Assembly (NCBI GenBank): GCA_964388035.1
Contig: CAYLZE010000020.1
Location: 1 to 59,513 of the forward strand
Direction: 5' to 3'
From: an uncultured archaeon
Lineage (GTDB): Archaea > Asgardarchaeota > Lokiarchaeia > Sigyniarchaeales > SOKP01
DNA length: 59,513 nucleotides
Shown here: piece after piece, positions 57,008 through 59,513 of the stretch
Position numbering within the stretch: the stretch's first letter is position 1
How the letters are laid out: the number at the start of each line of letters is the position of its first letter
Position numbers and translations under genes: made by a program
The notes under the pieces: generated by a model
What the model was told of the DNA's origin: nothing
What the model saw: only the letters and a program-made list of their open reading frames with translations
The model's database searches: none

Positions 57008-57568
57008 ATGAAAGATAATCCCATTACCGTGGGCTTGGATGATGCAAGATTCCGATTTGAGGATCCTTCAAAAAAAACCACATTAATTGCAGTCGTTTGT
57101 CAAGGCACCAGAATGGTGCGCGTTTTAAAAGAAAAGATTACTATTGATGGAAATGACTCTACTCAAATAATTGTCCGATTAGTGAAACAGGTAGAAAAAC
57201 ATGTTCAATATATCTTAATGGATACTATCACGTTCGGCGGATTTAACATCAGCGATCTTGATGTCATATATCAGGAAACGGGAAAACCTATCATTACTGT
57301 CAGTGAAAAGGAAGTTGATTTAGATGCTGTTAAAAGAGCATTACTCTTGAAATTTCCCGATACCTTTGCGAAAAAATTACGATTGATACAAAATGCGGGA
57401 AATCTCTATGATATAGCTGTTAAGACGGCTGGCGGGTGGTCTACAGTCCACGTGCATCTAAAAGGAGTGGATATAGAAGAAGCAAGAGAACTTTTACAGA
57501 AAATTTCTGTCGATGCAAAACTTCCTGAATGCATTAGAATGGCTCATATTATAGGAAAAGCATTTTAA
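57008..57568 (+). CDS. DUF99 / endonuclease V-like (endonuclease dU) protein
   Basis: GLDD, IDGNDST, DTITFGGFN, KLPECIRMAHII. Confidence 0.88.
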   Translation: MKDNPITVGLDDARFRFEDPSKKTTLIAVVCQGTRMVRVLKEKITIDGNDSTQIIVRLVKQVEKHVQYILMDTITFGGFNISDLDVIYQETGKPIITVSEKEVDLDAVKRALLLKFPDTFAKKLRLIQNAGNLYDIAVKTAGGWSTVHVHLKGVDIEEARELLQKISVDAKLPECIRMAHIIGKAF

Positions 57569-57621
57569 GTATAAGGATTAGAAATGTGGTTAAATTTCAT
57601 ATAAAGTTAAATCCAGCATAT

Positions 57622-58092
57622 TTAGCAAGCAATCTCGCTCTCTAGGATCTCTTTCATTTTTTCGCGTAATTCTTTTTTGATTGCAGACATTTCATAAGTT
57701 TTAATTCCCAATTTTGCTTGTATTTGCTCAGCACTTAAAGCATCATTGAGGTCTTGTTTATTAGCAATAGCAATGACCTTGGATCCTAAGTTGCGAGAAA
57801 ATCTATTGTAAATCTCTTTTGTTTTTTGAAGATTTGCTTCGGTAGAGTCGCAAACTAATACAGTTAAGCCCGCCCCTTTTAAAAAATCTTCCCACATGAA
57901 TTTAAAGTGCTCTTGCCCGCCACAATCCCATATAGCGCACTTTTTTCCATTTAACACCGAGCCCTCAATTTCTAATCCAATAGTCGGAGAACTATTGCTA
58001 TCTTTTCCCAAAAGGAGTGAAACCAAGGAAGTTTTGCCTACTCCCGAATTTCCAATAAAAACAATTTTATTTTTTGACAGTTCTACATTCAT
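57622..58092 (-). CDS. Minimal Arf-like small GTPase
   Basis: GNSGVGKT, PTIG, WDCGGQ, ANKQDL, MSA; ATG at 58092 preferred over 58140. Confidence 0.9.
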   Translation of the reverse strand: MNVELSKNKIVFIGNSGVGKTSLVSLLLGKDSNSSPTIGLEIEGSVLNGKKCAIWDCGGQEHFKFMWEDFLKGAGLTVLVCDSTEANLQKTKEIYNRFSRNLGSKVIAIANKQDLNDALSAEQIQAKLGIKTYEMSAIKKELREKMKEILESEIAC

Positions 58093-58252
58093 GATTATTC
58101 CTAATAGTGAATTAATTATCGTTAAGATAACACAGATCATGAAGAATCAAAAAATACAATATTACATGGATGATATGTCGATCACCAATGGGATAAATAA
58201 AACTAATAGAAAGTCTTTAAAAAGCTCAAGTACTCTATTAAAATTGAACTAT

Positions 58253-58561
58253 ATGGTTGTTAAAGAAACTTGAAAATTGGAGATGAAGAACCCATTTAAC
58301 ACTCAAGAGGCTACCCTGTATCTCTCGCATGCAGGTGATATGGTCACGGGTAAAATGGAATCTCGTAATGATATTAGTGAGATTAAAGATGTAAAGCTTG
58401 AGGATGACATTTTGACGTGGAAAGCTTCAAGAAAAATCCTGACTTTTGAATTCAATGCTAAAATTGATGGTGACACCATGTCAAGTACAGTAAAGAGCCG
58501 TCTTGGCAAAGCGACTCTTAAAGGCACGAGAATTGCACGTAATAGTGTTGAATCATCCTAG
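58253..58561 (+). pseudogene. Small beta-barrel-type protein gene interrupted by an in-frame TGA at the position of an expected Trp
   Basis: MVVKET*KLEMKNPFNTQEATL...GDMVTGKM...LTWKA...FEFNAKIDGDTMS...KGTR resembles a bacterial family starting GTW.L...TPMG. Confidence 0.55.
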
Positions 58562-58636
58562 GATTCTTACCCATAATTAAAAATGAAAAATACCGATTTT
58601 TGACCGAATTGATTCAATTAGCGATAGATCCCACTT

Positions 58637-58715
58637 AATTTTTATATTACCTATTAAAATATCCCGGACAGCAAATCTTCCCATTTCTGGAATTCTTATA
58701 TTACCTATCAAAATA
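58637..58715. repeat. Two 25-nt direct repeats (23/25 identical) enclosing a segment copied from tuf
   Basis: 58637-58661 vs 58691-58715; 58659-58694 matches 58902-58937 at 34/36. Confidence 0.9.
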
Positions 58716-58849
58716 AAATGGTATGATTATAATTATTAAGTATCCAATAATTGAAAATTAAAAAAGTAATGGGAAACAAAAAAAAGCATAAAAAATGGAT
58801 AAGAAAAATATATTTTCTAGAATTAAAAAAATTAGATGTATGAATTGAA

Positions 58850-59513
58850 TTATTCTCCGGGAACCAAATCCCTTACAATTCCCACTGCAACAGTACGCCC
58901 CATATCTCGAACAGCAAATCTTCCCATTTCTGGAATTTCGGCATACTTTTCAATGCAAAGCTTCTTTATGGGTTTTAATTTAACAATTGCCGAATCATTT
59001 CTTTTTAGGAATTTGGGATTGTCCTCAATCACGGCATTTGATTTTTGGTCAATTTTCTTGCTTAATTCTATGAACTTAGCCGCAACTTGTGCTGTATGAG
59101 TGTGAACTACGGGGGTATAACCCTGTGCAATTGCAGTTGGATGCCAAATTACAATAATTTGCCCCGTCCATTCACCAGTTGGATTAACCACCGTTGGTGG
59201 GTTGTCAATGTGACCTAAGCAATCACCACGGCCTACATCTTTAATTTGCAAACCACGAATACTAATTCCCACATTATCTCCTGGAAGTGCTTGAAGAATT
59301 TCTTCATGGTGCATTTCAATGCTTCTTATTTCACCTTGAAAATCAGTTGGTTTAATGATAATTTTATCGCCTTTCTTTAAAATTCCCGTTTCTACTCTAC
59401 CAACAGGGACTACTCCTGTACCCTTGATCTTGTAAGCATCTTGAATGGGAAGGCGTAAAGGCTTGTCTGTAGGTTTCTCAGGGATTACTAATTGATCTAG
59501 AGCTTCTATTAAG
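58850..59513 (-). CDS. tuf: Translation elongation factor 1-alpha (5' part runs off the window)
   Basis: Frame open to the edge: DKPLRLPIQDAY...PVGRVETG...EMHHE...PGDNVG...GYTPV...GRFAVRDMGRTVAVG. Confidence 0.97.
   Translation of the reverse strand, partial: LIEALDQLVIPEKPTDKPLRLPIQDAYKIKGTGVVPVGRVETGILKKGDKIIIKPTDFQGEIRSIEMHHEEILQALPGDNVGISIRGLQIKDVGRGDCLGHIDNPPTVVNPTGEWTGQIIVIWHPTAIAQGYTPVVHTHTAQVAAKFIELSKKIDQKSNAVIEDNPKFLKRNDSAIVKLKPIKKLCIEKYAEIPEMGRFAVRDMGRTVAVGIVRDLVPGE

Noticed and set aside
57896-58273. 125-aa plus-strand ORF
   Set aside because: Mostly antisense to the small GTPase; only its last codons (MVVKET) belong to the interrupted downstream gene
58582-58605. ATGA-stem-TGA hairpin downstream of the TGA-interrupted gene as a SECIS
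   Set aside because: Stem above the putative GA core is only about 5 bp with no apical AA; eukaryote-type SECIS needs about 11-12 bp
58637-58715. Calling the repeat unit a bona fide CRISPR array
   Set aside because: Only two imperfect repeats, no palindromic stem or GAAAC/ATTGAAA end, and no cas genes in the window; kept as a repeat and a finding
6471-59099. Numerous 60-150 aa ORFs antisense to or nested in long genes (e.g. 6471-6926, 15734-16150, 32847-33149, 54635-54970, 58836-59099)
   Set aside because: Each lies wholly or largely within a confidently identified gene and has antisense-type composition
1-59513. tRNA, rRNA, IS elements, integrases
   Set aside because: No GC-rich structured islands, T-loop-bearing cloverleafs, terminal inverted repeats or transposase/recombinase motifs seen by eye; tRNAscan-SE/Infernal would be needed to exclude them fully

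Overview
AT-rich archaeal chromosomal window that is most likely Asgard (Lokiarchaeia/Promethearchaeota-like). This assignment is inferred from archaeal information-processing genes (TFB, aEF-2, aIF5B, EF-1alpha, class I CCA enzyme, Csl4, RpoL, RFC-S, Taw1, AglB) occurring together with several Arf/Ras-like small GTPases, a NIPA-like transporter and bacterial-type uvrAB/thrH. There are about 46 protein genes; acs (left edge) and tuf (right edge) run off the window. I found no rRNA, tRNA, cas genes, integrase or transposase. Main observations: (1) acs is divergent from a CoA-transferase-GNAT fusion whose transferase catalytic Glu is replaced by His, a candidate acyl-CoA-sensing Pat-type acetyltransferase; (2) a repeat-spacer-repeat unit downstream of tuf whose 36-nt core matches tuf with two synonymous differences; (3) Taw1 with an inserted winged-helix-like segment and twin palindromes in its promoter; (4) an HhH-Arf GTPase fusion and a 1235-aa pseudo-GTPase/solenoid protein flanking TFB; (5) AglB with five C-terminal Ig-like repeats; (6) EF-2 with HTQ in place of the diphthamide HRG motif. 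All calls come from motif recognition by eye; no database searches were run.
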